A stretch of DNA of 61,036 nucleotides from an uncultured Dehalococcoidales bacterium (GCA_964489895.1 CAZBAN010000003.1:1-61036), one strand, 5' to 3'; shown: positions 8,994 through 18,787, counted from the first letter of the stretch. Program-made: numbers and translations. Notes: generated by a model from the sequence alone, not told the origin.

Positions 8994-10559
8994 GTGATGT
9001 CTGAAGATACCGAAATTAAGAAAGAACAACTGGCAAATTTGAAAGAGCGCCGTAAAAAAGTCCTCGGAATGGGGGGAAGCGACCGTGTGGAGGCGCAGAA
9101 AAAGAAGGATAAGCTGACGGCCCGGGAACGGATAGATGCTCTGCTTGATAAAAACACCTTTAGAGAGACCGGCATGTTCGCTAGGAGCAGGGGGGCGGTT
9201 ACCGATATCCCGGCTGACGGTGTGATTACGGGATACGGTAAAATCGACGGCAGAAAGGTATATATCTATTCACAGGACTTCACAAGTACCGGAGGCACGC
9301 TGTCTGAAGTACACGCTCAAAAAATATGCACCATACTGGACAGCGCCATGAAAACCGGCTGCCCGGTGATCGGGATGAACGATTCCGGCGGAGCCAGGAT
9401 TCAGGACGGCGTGGACGCACTCGCCGGTTACGGTAAAATATTTGTCAGAAATACCATGGCTTCCGGCGTCATTCCCCAGATATGCACCATCCTGGGTCCG
9501 AATGCCGGAGGCGCCGTGTACTCACCGGCGCTGATGGACTTCATATTCATGGTAAAGGGCATCAGCTTTGCCTATATTACCGGACCGCGGGTCGTTCAGT
9601 CGGTGATGGGGCAGGAGATAACCGATGATGAACTGGGCGGTGCAACCGTTGCCCAGAAAAAAGCCGGGGTTGCCTGCCGCTCCGAGAACAGCGAAGAAGA
9701 GTGCTTTAAGAACATAAAGGAACTGCTTGCCTATCTGCCTTCAAGTAACCGGGAAAAGCCGCCCAGGGTCGACTGGGGAGATAAGCCCGACCGCTTGGAC
9801 GATTCTCTGTTTGATATTGTCCCGGCGGCTCCGAATAAACCCTACGACATGCACAAAATAATCGAGAGCGTCTTCGACCAGCGGAAAGACGGTTTAAACT
9901 ATTTCGAGCTGTTCCCTTTATTCGCCACCAACATCATTACCTGCTTTTCCAGGATGAACGGCTGGACGGTGGGTATAATAGCCAACCAGCCGATGTCGAA
10001 GGCTGGTTGTCTGGATATCGACGCCAGCGATAAAGCCTCCCGGTTTATCAGGTTCTGCGACGCTTTTAATATCCCCATCGTCAACCTGGTTGATGTACCG
10101 GGATACCTCCCCGGGAGCGAACAGGAGTGGGGAGGCATAATAAGGCACGGGGCGAAGATGCTTTATGCTTACTCAGAAGCAACCGTGCCCAAGATAACTC
10201 TCACCATCCGGAAAGCCTATGGAGGCGCGTACCTGGGGATGTGCAGTAAAGACCTGGGGGCTGATTTCGTGTACTGCTGGCCCAGCACCGAGCTGGCGGT
10301 GATGGGTGCCGAAGGCGCCGCACCGATTATATTCAGGAGAGAGCTGGAGAAAGCCGAGAACGCCGAGGAGCTGTTACAGCAAAAGATAGATGAGTACCGC
10401 AAAGAGTTCGCCAACCCGTACCGGGCTGCCGAACACCTGCATGTGGATGACGTGATAGAGCCGGCACAGACCAGGTCAAGACTGATAGAGACCCTGGAAA
10501 TGCTGCTGGACAAAAAAGAAGACAGACCAGTAAAGAAACATGGGATAATACCGGCTTAG
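8994..10559 (+). CDS. Acyl-CoA carboxylase carboxyltransferase subunit (propionyl-CoA carboxylase beta / methylmalonyl-CoA decarboxylase alpha family)
   Basis: 521 aa. KLTARERIDALLD N-terminus, GGARIQDG and AYGGAY motifs. The exact start (GTG 8994 or ATG 8997) is uncertain. Confidence 0.88.
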   Translation: MMSEDTEIKKEQLANLKERRKKVLGMGGSDRVEAQKKKDKLTARERIDALLDKNTFRETGMFARSRGAVTDIPADGVITGYGKIDGRKVYIYSQDFTSTGGTLSEVHAQKICTILDSAMKTGCPVIGMNDSGGARIQDGVDALAGYGKIFVRNTMASGVIPQICTILGPNAGGAVYSPALMDFIFMVKGISFAYITGPRVVQSVMGQEITDDELGGATVAQKKAGVACRSENSEEECFKNIKELLAYLPSSNREKPPRVDWGDKPDRLDDSLFDIVPAAPNKPYDMHKIIESVFDQRKDGLNYFELFPLFATNIITCFSRMNGWTVGIIANQPMSKAGCLDIDASDKASRFIRFCDAFNIPIVNLVDVPGYLPGSEQEWGGIIRHGAKMLYAYSEATVPKITLTIRKAYGGAYLGMCSKDLGADFVYCWPSTELAVMGAEGAAPIIFRRELEKAENAEELLQQKIDEYRKEFANPYRAAEHLHVDDVIEPAQTRSRLIETLEMLLDKKEDRPVKKHGIIPA

Positions 10560-10617
10560 ATTTATATCCACTCTGTAATCAGGATTTAGACCGCTTTACG
10601 CTTGGCAGGGACGAGAT

Positions 10618-11655
10618 TTGCTATATATATTATCGGGTCAGGATGATTACTCCATCGCCCGGGCGCTTGAGGCAATAAAACATGAGCTCGGCGACCAGTC
10701 GGCTTTGGCGGCGGGTACCACCACACTCGAAGGCAATCAACTGACGCTGGATGAGCTTAAAACCACCTGCGAAACGATGCCGTTTTTGACCGAAAAGCGA
10801 CTGGTTATCATCAACGGTTTACTGGGTCGGTTCGAACCTCAGCGCAGGTCCCGCCGCCAGGGAAGAACCGCCAAAAACAACGGGAATAAGGACGAAGCCA
10901 GGGCATTCATCGACTGCATCGGCGGAATCCCGGACAGCACCGTGCTGGTGCTGGTCGAGGGCGTGATATCCGGTGACAATCCTCTCCTGAAAGGACTTGC
11001 CGGCAGGGCAACGGTCAGGAATTTCCCTCTGCCAAAAGAAGCAAAGCTTCGCGAGTGGATTCAGAAAAAGGTGAAGGATAAAGGCGGCAGTATCTCGCCG
11101 AAGGCGGTACAGCTCCTGGCGAGGCTGGTGGGCAGCAACCTGTGGATTATGGCCAGCGAGGTTGAAAAGCTGCTCCTGTATGTTGAAGGTCGCACCATCG
11201 GGGAAGAGGACGTTAGGGCTGTAGTCGGCTATAACCAGCAGGCGACTGTTTTCAATATGGTTGACGCCATCCTTGAGTTCAGAGCCGAACTGGCCGAGCA
11301 GTTCCTTCAGCAACTGTTTCTCAGCGGTGTAGCCCCGGTGTACCTGCTCTTTATGCTGTCGCGGCAGGTGCAGTTTATAGTCAGGGTGAAAGAGCTGGCA
11401 AGAAAAAGGAGGACCAACAGGGAGATGCAGAACAGTCTGGGCATGACCTCGGAGTATGTCCTGAAAAAGACACTGGAGCAGGCAAGCAGGTATTCTTTAC
11501 CCAGGCTCAGAGAAGTATACCGGCGCATTCTTGATACCGACCTCTCCATTAAGACCGGGAAGTACGATGCCGAGCTTGCCCTTAACATGCTGGTTGCCGA
11601 GCTGTGTAAAAGGAGCAGGAGCCGTCCTGTCCAGTCCAGACCGGAGATGAGTTGA
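10618..11655 (+). CDS. holA: DNA polymerase III delta subunit
   Basis: 345 aa, TTG start. YILSGQDDY N-terminus and an overall HolA-like pattern. Confidence 0.75.
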   Translation: MLYILSGQDDYSIARALEAIKHELGDQSALAAGTTTLEGNQLTLDELKTTCETMPFLTEKRLVIINGLLGRFEPQRRSRRQGRTAKNNGNKDEARAFIDCIGGIPDSTVLVLVEGVISGDNPLLKGLAGRATVRNFPLPKEAKLREWIQKKVKDKGGSISPKAVQLLARLVGSNLWIMASEVEKLLLYVEGRTIGEEDVRAVVGYNQQATVFNMVDAILEFRAELAEQFLQQLFLSGVAPVYLLFMLSRQVQFIVRVKELARKRRTNREMQNSLGMTSEYVLKKTLEQASRYSLPRLREVYRRILDTDLSIKTGKYDAELALNMLVAELCKRSRSRPVQSRPEMS

Positions 11656-11656
11656 A

Positions 11657-12670
11657 ATGGCTGCCGGAGATAAAGCTGTTATTGCCGTAACAATGGGTGA
11701 CGCTGCCGGCATCGGTCCTGAAATCATCGTCAAAGCCCTCGGGCAGGAGCATATCTACCGCGTCTGTTGTCCTCTGGTCATCGGTGAAAGCGGCATTATG
11801 CGGCAGGCTATAAAGCTGGTAAACAGCCCGTTGAAGCTGAATCCTGTAGAAACGGCAGATGAGATAAAGGGCACTCACGGCACTATTGACCTTCTTGACC
11901 TTAAAAATCTCGATATTAAAGAAGTGGTCATGGGGCAGGTAAACGCGGCTTGCGGCAGGGCGGCTATGGAGTACATCGCCAGGGCTGCCGATATGGCGCT
12001 GAAAGGTGAGGTCAGGGCTATCGCTACCGCGCCGATAAACAAGGGAGCGGTGATAAAGGCGGGATATGAAGACACCGGGCACATGAAATATCTTGCCCGT
12101 CTGACCGGCACCACCGAATATGCCGCTATGCTGGTCACCGGGTCGCTGCGGGTAGTGCATCTGAGCGACCACTATTCGCTTAAAGAGGCATGTGAACTGG
12201 TTACCAGAGATAGAATACTTGCCAAGCTGAGACTGGTGGATAGATCTTTCCGTCAGTGGGGTTTTGAAAAGCCCCGTATCGGCGTGGCTGCCCTCAATCC
12301 CCACGGCAGCGACGGCGGGTTGTTCGGCTCGGAAGAAGCGGAGCAGATTGCGCCGGCTGTTGAAGAAGCGAGGGATTCGGGCATAGATGCCCGTGGTCCT
12401 TTTCCCGCCGATACGATATATACCCGCGCTATCAACGGAGAGTTCGATGTCGTCCTCGCCATGTACCACGACCAGGGGCATATCGCCGTCAAAGTACACG
12501 GCTTCGAGAAGAGCGTGGCTGTTACCCTGGGACTGCCGTTCGTGCGTACTTCCGTTGACCACGGTACGGCTTTCGATATAGCCGGTAAGGGCATCGCTGA
12601 TTCTCAAAGCATGGAAGAAGCAATCAGGACAGCCGTGAAATTGAGCGGAGAAGGCGGGCTTGCGGAGTAA
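11657..12670 (+). CDS. pdxA: 4-hydroxythreonine-4-phosphate dehydrogenase family (PdxA)
   Basis: 337 aa. ITMGDAAGIGPEI, LNPHG and MYHDQGH motifs. Confidence 0.85.
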   Translation: MAAGDKAVIAVTMGDAAGIGPEIIVKALGQEHIYRVCCPLVIGESGIMRQAIKLVNSPLKLNPVETADEIKGTHGTIDLLDLKNLDIKEVVMGQVNAACGRAAMEYIARAADMALKGEVRAIATAPINKGAVIKAGYEDTGHMKYLARLTGTTEYAAMLVTGSLRVVHLSDHYSLKEACELVTRDRILAKLRLVDRSFRQWGFEKPRIGVAALNPHGSDGGLFGSEEAEQIAPAVEEARDSGIDARGPFPADTIYTRAINGEFDVVLAMYHDQGHIAVKVHGFEKSVAVTLGLPFVRTSVDHGTAFDIAGKGIADSQSMEEAIRTAVKLSGEGGLAE

Positions 12671-12671
12671 A

Positions 12672-13640
12672 ATGAAGACTGAAGACCGGCCCGTTTTAGC
12701 CGTAGACCTGGGCGGCACCAAGATGGTTATCGCCTTGGTCTCTCCCGATGGCAGGATTCCACGCAGACTTGACCTTACCACCTCAGCCACCGAAGGACAC
12801 AAGGTGGTTATCGAAAGGATGTTTTCCGGCATAGACAGCCTTCTCGGTAAAAGCGGTCTGTCCAGAGAGCAGTTGCGTGCTATAAGCATTGCCGCCGCCG
12901 GAATCATTGATATGGATGGGGGGATGATTACCGGGGCGCCCAACCTTCCCGACTGGAAGGATATTCCGCTGAAGCGTATCGTTGCGGAGAGATACGGAAT
13001 GGATACCTTTCTGGTCAACGATGCCGATGCGGCAATTCTGGGGGAGCACCGCTTCGGCGCCGGTGAAGGGCAGAACAACCTTGTCCTGCTGACGCTAGGT
13101 ACGGGGATCGGCGGCGGGATTATCATTGACGGGAAACTTTATACCGGCTCCTCAGGCGGCGGTGCCGAACTGGGGCATATGGTTATAAAGGAAGACGGAC
13201 CGGAGTGCGGCTGCGGTAATAACGGTTGTCTGGAGAGTCTGGCTTCCGGTACAGCTATTGCCAGAGAGGCTAAAAAGCGTATCGGTAAGGGTGAGAAGTC
13301 TTCACTTAATGAACTGGTTCACGGGAGACCGGATGATATTACCGCCGAGACAGTCCATCAGGCGGCTCAAGAGGGGGACTCTCTGGCTCTGGAGGTTATA
13401 GGTGAAGCAGCGCACTATCTGGGAATAGGCGTATTGAACCTTGTACAGATATTTAATCCGGAGATGGTTATTCTCGGGGGAAGCGTGGCGCAGATGGGCG
13501 ACCTGTTATTCGAGCCCGTCAGGAAAATGGTGAAAGAGAAAGCCTTCCCGCTGATGGCGAAATCCGTTCAAATCGTGCCGGCCAGACTCGGTAATGATGC
13601 CGGGGTTATCGGCGCGGCTGTTTTCGCCCTTGAACAATAA
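12672..13640 (+). CDS. ROK-family sugar kinase (glucokinase-like)
   Basis: AVDLGGTK N-terminus and the ROK zinc motif ELGHM...CGCGNNGCLE. I prefer ATG 12672 over the upstream TTG 12660. Confidence 0.8.
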   Translation: MKTEDRPVLAVDLGGTKMVIALVSPDGRIPRRLDLTTSATEGHKVVIERMFSGIDSLLGKSGLSREQLRAISIAAAGIIDMDGGMITGAPNLPDWKDIPLKRIVAERYGMDTFLVNDADAAILGEHRFGAGEGQNNLVLLTLGTGIGGGIIIDGKLYTGSSGGGAELGHMVIKEDGPECGCGNNGCLESLASGTAIAREAKKRIGKGEKSSLNELVHGRPDDITAETVHQAAQEGDSLALEVIGEAAHYLGIGVLNLVQIFNPEMVILGGSVAQMGDLLFEPVRKMVKEKAFPLMAKSVQIVPARLGNDAGVIGAAVFALEQ

Positions 13641-13663
13641 ATCTGGACTCTAAGCTAATCTCA

Positions 13664-13692
13664 TTGACAGGTAGTATTACTTACTCTAAAAT
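13664..13692 (+). promoter_or_regulatory. Sigma70-type promoter upstream of alaS
   Basis: TTGACA (13664-13669), 17-nt spacer, TAAAAT (13687-13692). A 6-bp inverted repeat AACTGA/TCAGTT follows in the leader. Confidence 0.45.
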
Positions 13693-13754
13693 CGTATGTA
13701 ACTGAAGCTGATGAGCAGAGTCAGTTAATTATATTCGAGGACGGCGTATTATCA

Positions 13755-16373
13755 GTGACCAGTGACGAGTTACGAGAGTTATTTCTAAAATTCTTTGAAA
13801 ATAAAGACCACAGTATAATTCCCAGTTCCTCTCTGATACCTCATGGCGACCCCACGTTACTGCTTACCAATGCTGGTATGGTACAGATGAAACCTTACTT
13901 CCTCGGAGAAGCAATTCCTCCGAACAAGCGGATGGCGTCCTGTCAGAAGTGCTTCCGCACTACGGATATAGACCTGGTCGGAGATGCTACCCACCTTACT
14001 TTCTTCGAGATGCTGGGCAACTTCAGCGTCGGCGATTACTTCAAACAAGAAGCTGTTAGCTGGGCTTGGGAATTCATAACCGAGCACCTTAAACTCTCGC
14101 CGGAACGGCTTTGGATAACTGTCTTTACCGACGATGATGAGGCCTATGAATGTTGGCGGCAGATTGGTCTGCCCGAGGAGAAAATACAGAGATTCGGCGA
14201 GGAGGACAACTTCTGGGGACCGGCTGGCGACTCCGGACCCTGCGGGCCCTGTAGCGAAATTTTTTACGACTTCGGGAAAGAAATTGGTTGTGGTAAGCCT
14301 TCCTGCGGTCCGAACTGCGACTGCGGTCGCTTCTCCGAAATCTGGAATCTTGTCTTTACCCAGTATAATCAGGATAGGGATGGAAACCGTACCCTGCTGC
14401 CCAGTCCCAACATTGATACGGGTATGGGACTGGAGAGGACAACTGCCGCCGTGGAGGGTAAAACAACTATATTTGAGACCGGGCTATTTGCACAACTGTT
14501 GGGTAATATCACCAAGTACATAGGAAATGAATATGGCTCAAACGATGAAGCTGATAAAGCAATGAGGATAATAGTCGAACATGGGCGTGCTTTAACTTTT
14601 CTTATTGCCGACGGTGTGGTACCGGGTAACGAAGGGCGTGGTTACGTGCTGAGACGTTTATTACGTAGGGCTGCTCTTTACGGGCGGAGACTGGGTCTGG
14701 AAAAACCATTTCTAAACCAGATAGCCGGAGCAACAGTTGGTAGTATGTCAAATATCTATCCAGAATTACAGCAAAGGCAGAATTTCATATACCAGGTTGT
14801 AGAAGCTGAGGAAACTAAATTCCGGGAGACTCTTAACAACGGACTGGAGCTCATCGAAGGAATCACGGCAGGAAATACGGGCGAGATATCGGGAGAGGAT
14901 GTTTTTCGACTGTACGATACTTACGGTTTCCCGGTGGAGCTGACCCGTGAGATGGCTGCCGATAAAGGTTTTACGGTTGATATGGACGGGTTTGAGAAGG
15001 AAATGGAGAAGCAGCGGGAGAGGGCGAAAGCGGCTCAGAAGTTTAAGCTTACCGAGCAGGCGGAGTGGATAGATAAACTTGACATAACATCAACTCTATT
15101 TTCAGGATACAATAACTATAAGCAGAATAGTAATGTGCTCAGTATTATAGTCGATAACGACTCCGTTGATACGATACAGGAAGGGCAGGAGGCAGGTCTG
15201 ATACTGGCGGATACCCCTTTCTACGGTGAGATGGGTGGGCAGGTAGGAGATACCGGAGAAATACGGAGTCCGGCGGGAAGTTTTACGGTGACGGATACCA
15301 TACGTATACCACCGGATATTTTTGTCCATCAGGGGAAGGTTACCGGCGGCAGCTTGACAGTCGGGGACGAGGTGGAGGCAGAGGTTGATATTGAGCGGCG
15401 ACTCGAAATTGCCCGCAATCACACTGCCACTCATTTGCTACAGGCGGCTCTACGCCAGGTGCTGGGCGAGCATATCCAGCAGAGAGGCTCGCTGGTTGCC
15501 CCGGAGCGGTTAAGGTTCGACTTTTCTCACCTGGTGGCGATGACCAGAGAACAAATCGGAGAAGTGCAGAGTATCGTCAACGACTTCATCCGCCGCGACC
15601 TGCCAGTGTACGACGAGGATATCCCTTACAGGCAGGCAATCGAGGAAGGGGCGATAGCCCTCTTCGATGAGAAGTACGGCGATGTCGTACGCGTATTGAG
15701 AATCGGCAGACCGCCTGTCAGTATCGAGCTTTGCGGCGGTACTCACGTTAATACAACGGGAGAGATAGGTTTCTTTTGCATATTGAGTGAAAGCAGCATC
15801 GGGGCAGGTTTACGCCGCATCGAAGCCCTGACCGGAAGAGGTGCTGAGAACTATATCAACCGGCGCTTGTCGGACCTGGAGAGGATAGCCGGGTACATGG
15901 AGTCGGAGCCGGACGAGATTGTGGAAAAGACGGGAAGCATGATAGCGGAGATGAAGAATGAACGCCGACGGGCTGATAGTCTGGAAAGTGAGCTGGCGGC
16001 GAAGACAGCCGAGTCGTTACTGGATAAAGTAGAGACGGTGAACGGCGTAAGCGTGCTGGCTGCGAAGGTAAAGTCCTCAAGGGTTGAGATTTTACGGGAA
16101 ATGAGTGACCTGCTGAGAGACCGGCTGAAGAGTGTGATTGTGGTACTGGGAAGCATCTATGAAGACAGGCCTGTTTTTGTTGCTGTCGTAACGCCTGACC
16201 TGATATCTAAAGGATATAATGCCGGAAATATAATCAAGCAGGTGGCTGAAGTGACCGGGGGAGGTGGTGGAGGTAAGGCGGAGTTAGCCCAGGCAGGCGG
16301 CAGGCAGAAAGACAAGCTGGACGAAGCTCTGCAAAAGGTAGCAAAGATAGTAAAAGAATCAGGTAATTCGTAA
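13755..16373 (+). CDS. alaS: Alanine--tRNA ligase
   Basis: 872 aa, GTG start. Class II AlaRS motifs, the HTATHLL editing-domain motif, and a C-terminal GGGGGKAELAQAGG segment. Confidence 0.95.
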   Translation: MTSDELRELFLKFFENKDHSIIPSSSLIPHGDPTLLLTNAGMVQMKPYFLGEAIPPNKRMASCQKCFRTTDIDLVGDATHLTFFEMLGNFSVGDYFKQEAVSWAWEFITEHLKLSPERLWITVFTDDDEAYECWRQIGLPEEKIQRFGEEDNFWGPAGDSGPCGPCSEIFYDFGKEIGCGKPSCGPNCDCGRFSEIWNLVFTQYNQDRDGNRTLLPSPNIDTGMGLERTTAAVEGKTTIFETGLFAQLLGNITKYIGNEYGSNDEADKAMRIIVEHGRALTFLIADGVVPGNEGRGYVLRRLLRRAALYGRRLGLEKPFLNQIAGATVGSMSNIYPELQQRQNFIYQVVEAEETKFRETLNNGLELIEGITAGNTGEISGEDVFRLYDTYGFPVELTREMAADKGFTVDMDGFEKEMEKQRERAKAAQKFKLTEQAEWIDKLDITSTLFSGYNNYKQNSNVLSIIVDNDSVDTIQEGQEAGLILADTPFYGEMGGQVGDTGEIRSPAGSFTVTDTIRIPPDIFVHQGKVTGGSLTVGDEVEAEVDIERRLEIARNHTATHLLQAALRQVLGEHIQQRGSLVAPERLRFDFSHLVAMTREQIGEVQSIVNDFIRRDLPVYDEDIPYRQAIEEGAIALFDEKYGDVVRVLRIGRPPVSIELCGGTHVNTTGEIGFFCILSESSIGAGLRRIEALTGRGAENYINRRLSDLERIAGYMESEPDEIVEKTGSMIAEMKNERRRADSLESELAAKTAESLLDKVETVNGVSVLAAKVKSSRVEILREMSDLLRDRLKSVIVVLGSIYEDRPVFVAVVTPDLISKGYNAGNIIKQVAEVTGGGGGGKAELAQAGGRQKDKLDEALQKVAKIVKESGNS

Positions 16374-16393
16374 GGGGTACTGTCACGCGCAGT

Positions 16394-16804
16394 CTGGGAC
16401 TTGATATCGGTGATAAGAGGATAGGGGTTGCTCTCAGCGACCCGGGCGGTATTCTAGCCAGCCCTTTGACAATAATCGAGCGTACCGACGAGAACCGTGA
16501 TATAAATACGATTATCGAAATCATCGAGCAGCACCAGGTAGGACGGGTCATAGCCGGTCTGCCGCGCTTGATGGATGGCAGCATCGGGCAGCAGGCTGAG
16601 AAGGTGAAAGACTTCGTTCGGAGTTTGTCGGGTCGGACAGATGTTCCGGTAGAGTTCAGGGACGAGCGTTTGACCACGGTATCGGCAAGACGCCTGATGC
16701 AGGCAGCCCGTACGAAGAAAACCCGAAAAAAGACCAGGGATGACGCCGTGGCTGCCGCCCTCATTCTCCAGGGCTACCTGGACGAAGGACGGAGTGACCT
16801 GTAA
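16394..16804 (+). CDS. ruvX: Putative pre-16S rRNA nuclease / Holliday junction resolvase-like YqgF; start codon non-canonical or unresolved
   Basis: The conserved N-terminus LGLDIGDKRIGVALSD is encoded at 16394-16441, upstream of the first ATG (16466). The frame is open from 16367 and contains no ATG, GTG or TTG before that motif. CTG at 16394 is the best candidate start. Confidence 0.75.
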   Translation: MGLDIGDKRIGVALSDPGGILASPLTIIERTDENRDINTIIEIIEQHQVGRVIAGLPRLMDGSIGQQAEKVKDFVRSLSGRTDVPVEFRDERLTTVSARRLMQAARTKKTRKKTRDDAVAAALILQGYLDEGRSDL

Positions 16805-16812
16805 AAAAAGCC

Positions 16813-17331
16813 TTGAAAATGAAAATACACGTATTGGACAGGACCTTTCTTCAACACCCGAGGAACTACGTTATCCAGAGTCTGCTGGCGGTACTGGCGG
16901 TGGCGGTAATACTGTACTTCGTCGAATCGTTAACCCACGCCGCTATTGTCGCCGCTCTCGGTTCCAGCGTGTTCATTATATTCGCCATGCCCAGGACTAT
17001 TGCTGCCGAACCGAGACGGCTCGTAGGGGGACACATTACCGGGCTGGTATGCGGGATTATATGTTACTACGCGTTTTTCGCCAGCCCTCTGGTTGATTTC
17101 TTTGAGTCTAACGAGGTAATTCACTGGATTCCCGCGGCGATTGCCGTGGGGTTGTCAATCTTCTTGATGACGGTTTTTAATTTCGAGCATCCCCCGGCGG
17201 CGGGTACCGCCCTTGGTATTGTCGCCCACGAATGGACGTATCAGACTATCATCTTTATCGTTGCCTTTGCTGTCGGACTGGCTATCGTGAAATGGTTACT
17301 GAAGAGGTACCTGGTAAATTTATGTACATGA
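16813..17331 (+). CDS. HPP-family membrane protein
   Basis: 172 aa, 4-5 predicted transmembrane segments, and the FEHPPAAGTALG motif. Confidence 0.7.
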   Translation: MKMKIHVLDRTFLQHPRNYVIQSLLAVLAVAVILYFVESLTHAAIVAALGSSVFIIFAMPRTIAAEPRRLVGGHITGLVCGIICYYAFFASPLVDFFESNEVIHWIPAAIAVGLSIFLMTVFNFEHPPAAGTALGIVAHEWTYQTIIFIVAFAVGLAIVKWLLKRYLVNLCT

Positions 17332-17346
17332 TGAGAGTGACTGCCG

Positions 17347-18537
17347 ATGAACAGTGCTGGTGATTTCCGTCTGGTGAAGACCTCCCCGGACAGCAGGGCT
17401 CGCGCCGGGGAACTGGTCACGGGTCACGGTACGGTACCGACTCCGGTGTTCATGCCCGTGGCTACCCAGGGAACGGTTAAAACACTCACCCCTGAAGAAG
17501 TAAAGGACATCGGGTTTAAGATGGTGCTGTCCAACACCTATCATCTCTACCTCAGACCGGGGATTTCGACTGTTGAGCAGGCAGGTGGTTTACATAAATA
17601 TATGAGCTGGGACAGAGCCATTCTTACCGACAGCGGCGGCTACCAGGTATTCAGTCTTGCCCGGTTGCGCCGCGTTGACGATGAAGGTGTTGTCTTCCGT
17701 TCTCATATAGACGGCAGCGAACACCTGATTACTCCGGAGCTGGCTGTGCAGTACCAGGAAGCAGTCGGTGCGGATATCATTATGGTGCTTGATGAGTGTA
17801 TATCCCATGACGAAAGCCTTGAGAAGACACGGCTCGCCATGAACCGCACTCACCAATGGGCGAAGCGGTGCCTTGAAGCCCATAAGCGCAGCGACCAGGC
17901 ACTGTATGCCATAATCCAGGGCGGGACATCGCTGGAACTCCGCCGTCAGTCAGCCGAGTACCTGACTTCGCTTGATTTTCCCGGCTATGCAATCGGCGGA
18001 CTTTGTATCGGTGAACCGAAGAAAGTGACCAATACCATGGTTGACGGGACAGTGGCTTATTTGCCGGAAAACAAACCACGCTATCTTATGGGGGTCGGTT
18101 CGCCCGAGGACCTCCTCGAAGGAGTATCCAGGGGGATTGACATGTTTGACAGCGCTCTGCCGACCCGCATTGCCAGAAACGGCTCTCTCTTTACCCGTCT
18201 CGGCAGGGTGAATATACGGAATGCCGCCTTCTCTCAGATACAGGGACCTGTAGAACCTGAATGTGAATGCTATACCTGCCGGACTTTCTCGGCGTCTTAT
18301 CTTCACCACCTGTTCGATACCAGGGAACTGCTGGCTTACAGGCTGGCGACCATTCACAATCTGACCTTCGTCTCCAGACTGATAACGGATATACGCCAGG
18401 CTATTCTTGATGACTCTTTTGTTTCTTACAAGAAAAAATTCCTGTCGAGTTACAGGACTACGGATGAACAGGTAAGGGTCGAGCAGAAACAGAAGTGGCT
18501 GAAAGCCCGGGAACAAAATGCCGATAATACGGCCTAA
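17347..18537 (+). CDS. tgt: Queuine tRNA-ribosyltransferase (tRNA-guanine transglycosylase)
   Basis: 396 aa. TPVFMPV, LTDSGGYQV, GLCIGE, and the zinc site CxCxxC...H. Confidence 0.93.
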   Translation: MNSAGDFRLVKTSPDSRARAGELVTGHGTVPTPVFMPVATQGTVKTLTPEEVKDIGFKMVLSNTYHLYLRPGISTVEQAGGLHKYMSWDRAILTDSGGYQVFSLARLRRVDDEGVVFRSHIDGSEHLITPELAVQYQEAVGADIIMVLDECISHDESLEKTRLAMNRTHQWAKRCLEAHKRSDQALYAIIQGGTSLELRRQSAEYLTSLDFPGYAIGGLCIGEPKKVTNTMVDGTVAYLPENKPRYLMGVGSPEDLLEGVSRGIDMFDSALPTRIARNGSLFTRLGRVNIRNAAFSQIQGPVEPECECYTCRTFSASYLHHLFDTRELLAYRLATIHNLTFVSRLITDIRQAILDDSFVSYKKKFLSSYRTTDEQVRVEQKQKWLKAREQNADNTA

Positions 18538-18589
18538 GGGGGTGAGTACTATTACTACCAAAACTGAGTACAACCCGCTTAAACTCGAT

Positions 18590-18618
18590 TTGACACGATT
18601 AAATTGATACTATACAAT
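18590..18618 (+). promoter_or_regulatory. Sigma70-type promoter driving the structured leader
   Basis: TTGACA (18590-18595), 17-nt spacer, TACAAT (18613-18618). Confidence 0.5.
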
Positions 18619-18625
18619 TAAACCA

Positions 18626-18787
18626 CTATCTAGATTACGGAATACGGGAGGAAATCGGTGCCGAACTGGGACGGACAGTCCAGCTTTAACAAAGGGGCTT
18701 CCCGCATGATGATGCCCTGGGCTTGGCATGCCGCCAGTTCGGGGACGATGCGAGCGTAATCCCCAGACTGATAGAGGTGCTGACCGG
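18626..18787 (+). promoter_or_regulatory. Unclassified structured RNA leader (candidate riboswitch, attenuator or small RNA)
   Basis: Three nested long-range helices: 18622-18630 with 18770-18778 (one mismatch), GATTACG 18633-18639 with CGTAATC 18755-18761, and CCGAACTGG 18661-18669 with CCAGTTCGG 18734-18742. The element lies between a promoter and an intrinsic terminator. Confidence 0.45.
18706..18759 (+). CDS. Candidate leader peptide MMMPWAWHAASSGTMRA (17 aa)
   Basis: ATGATGATG begins a 17-codon ORF inside the leader. AAAGGGG lies 8 nt upstream. 4 of 17 codons are Met. The stop codon lies inside one of the long-range helices. Confidence 0.3.
   Translation: MMMPWAWHAASSGTMRA

Noticed and set aside
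11582-13126. A 514-aa ORF on the minus strand.
   Set aside because: It lies antisense to the well-supported pdxA and ROK kinase genes. Its composition is low-complexity and Arg/Ser/Pro-rich, typical of a shadow ORF, and it has no recognisable motifs.
18537-18549. An 11-nt match (GGGGGTGAGTA) shared between 18538-18548 and 50698-50708, which might be a dispersed repeat.
   Set aside because: A single 11-mer coincidence is expected by chance in a 61-kb window. The flanks do not align.
18626-18787. Assigning the leader to a known class: SAM-I/IV, SAH, cobalamin, THF, c-di-GMP-I, T-box, 6S RNA or SRP RNA.
   Set aside because: Only short, out-of-order resemblances were found, for example GGTGCCGAACTGG versus the SAM-I GGUGCUAAAUCC, and GGGACGGACAG versus the GEMM ACGCAAAGC. 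The B12 box, the T-box sequence and the SRP GGAA motif are absent. I left it unclassified rather than force a call.
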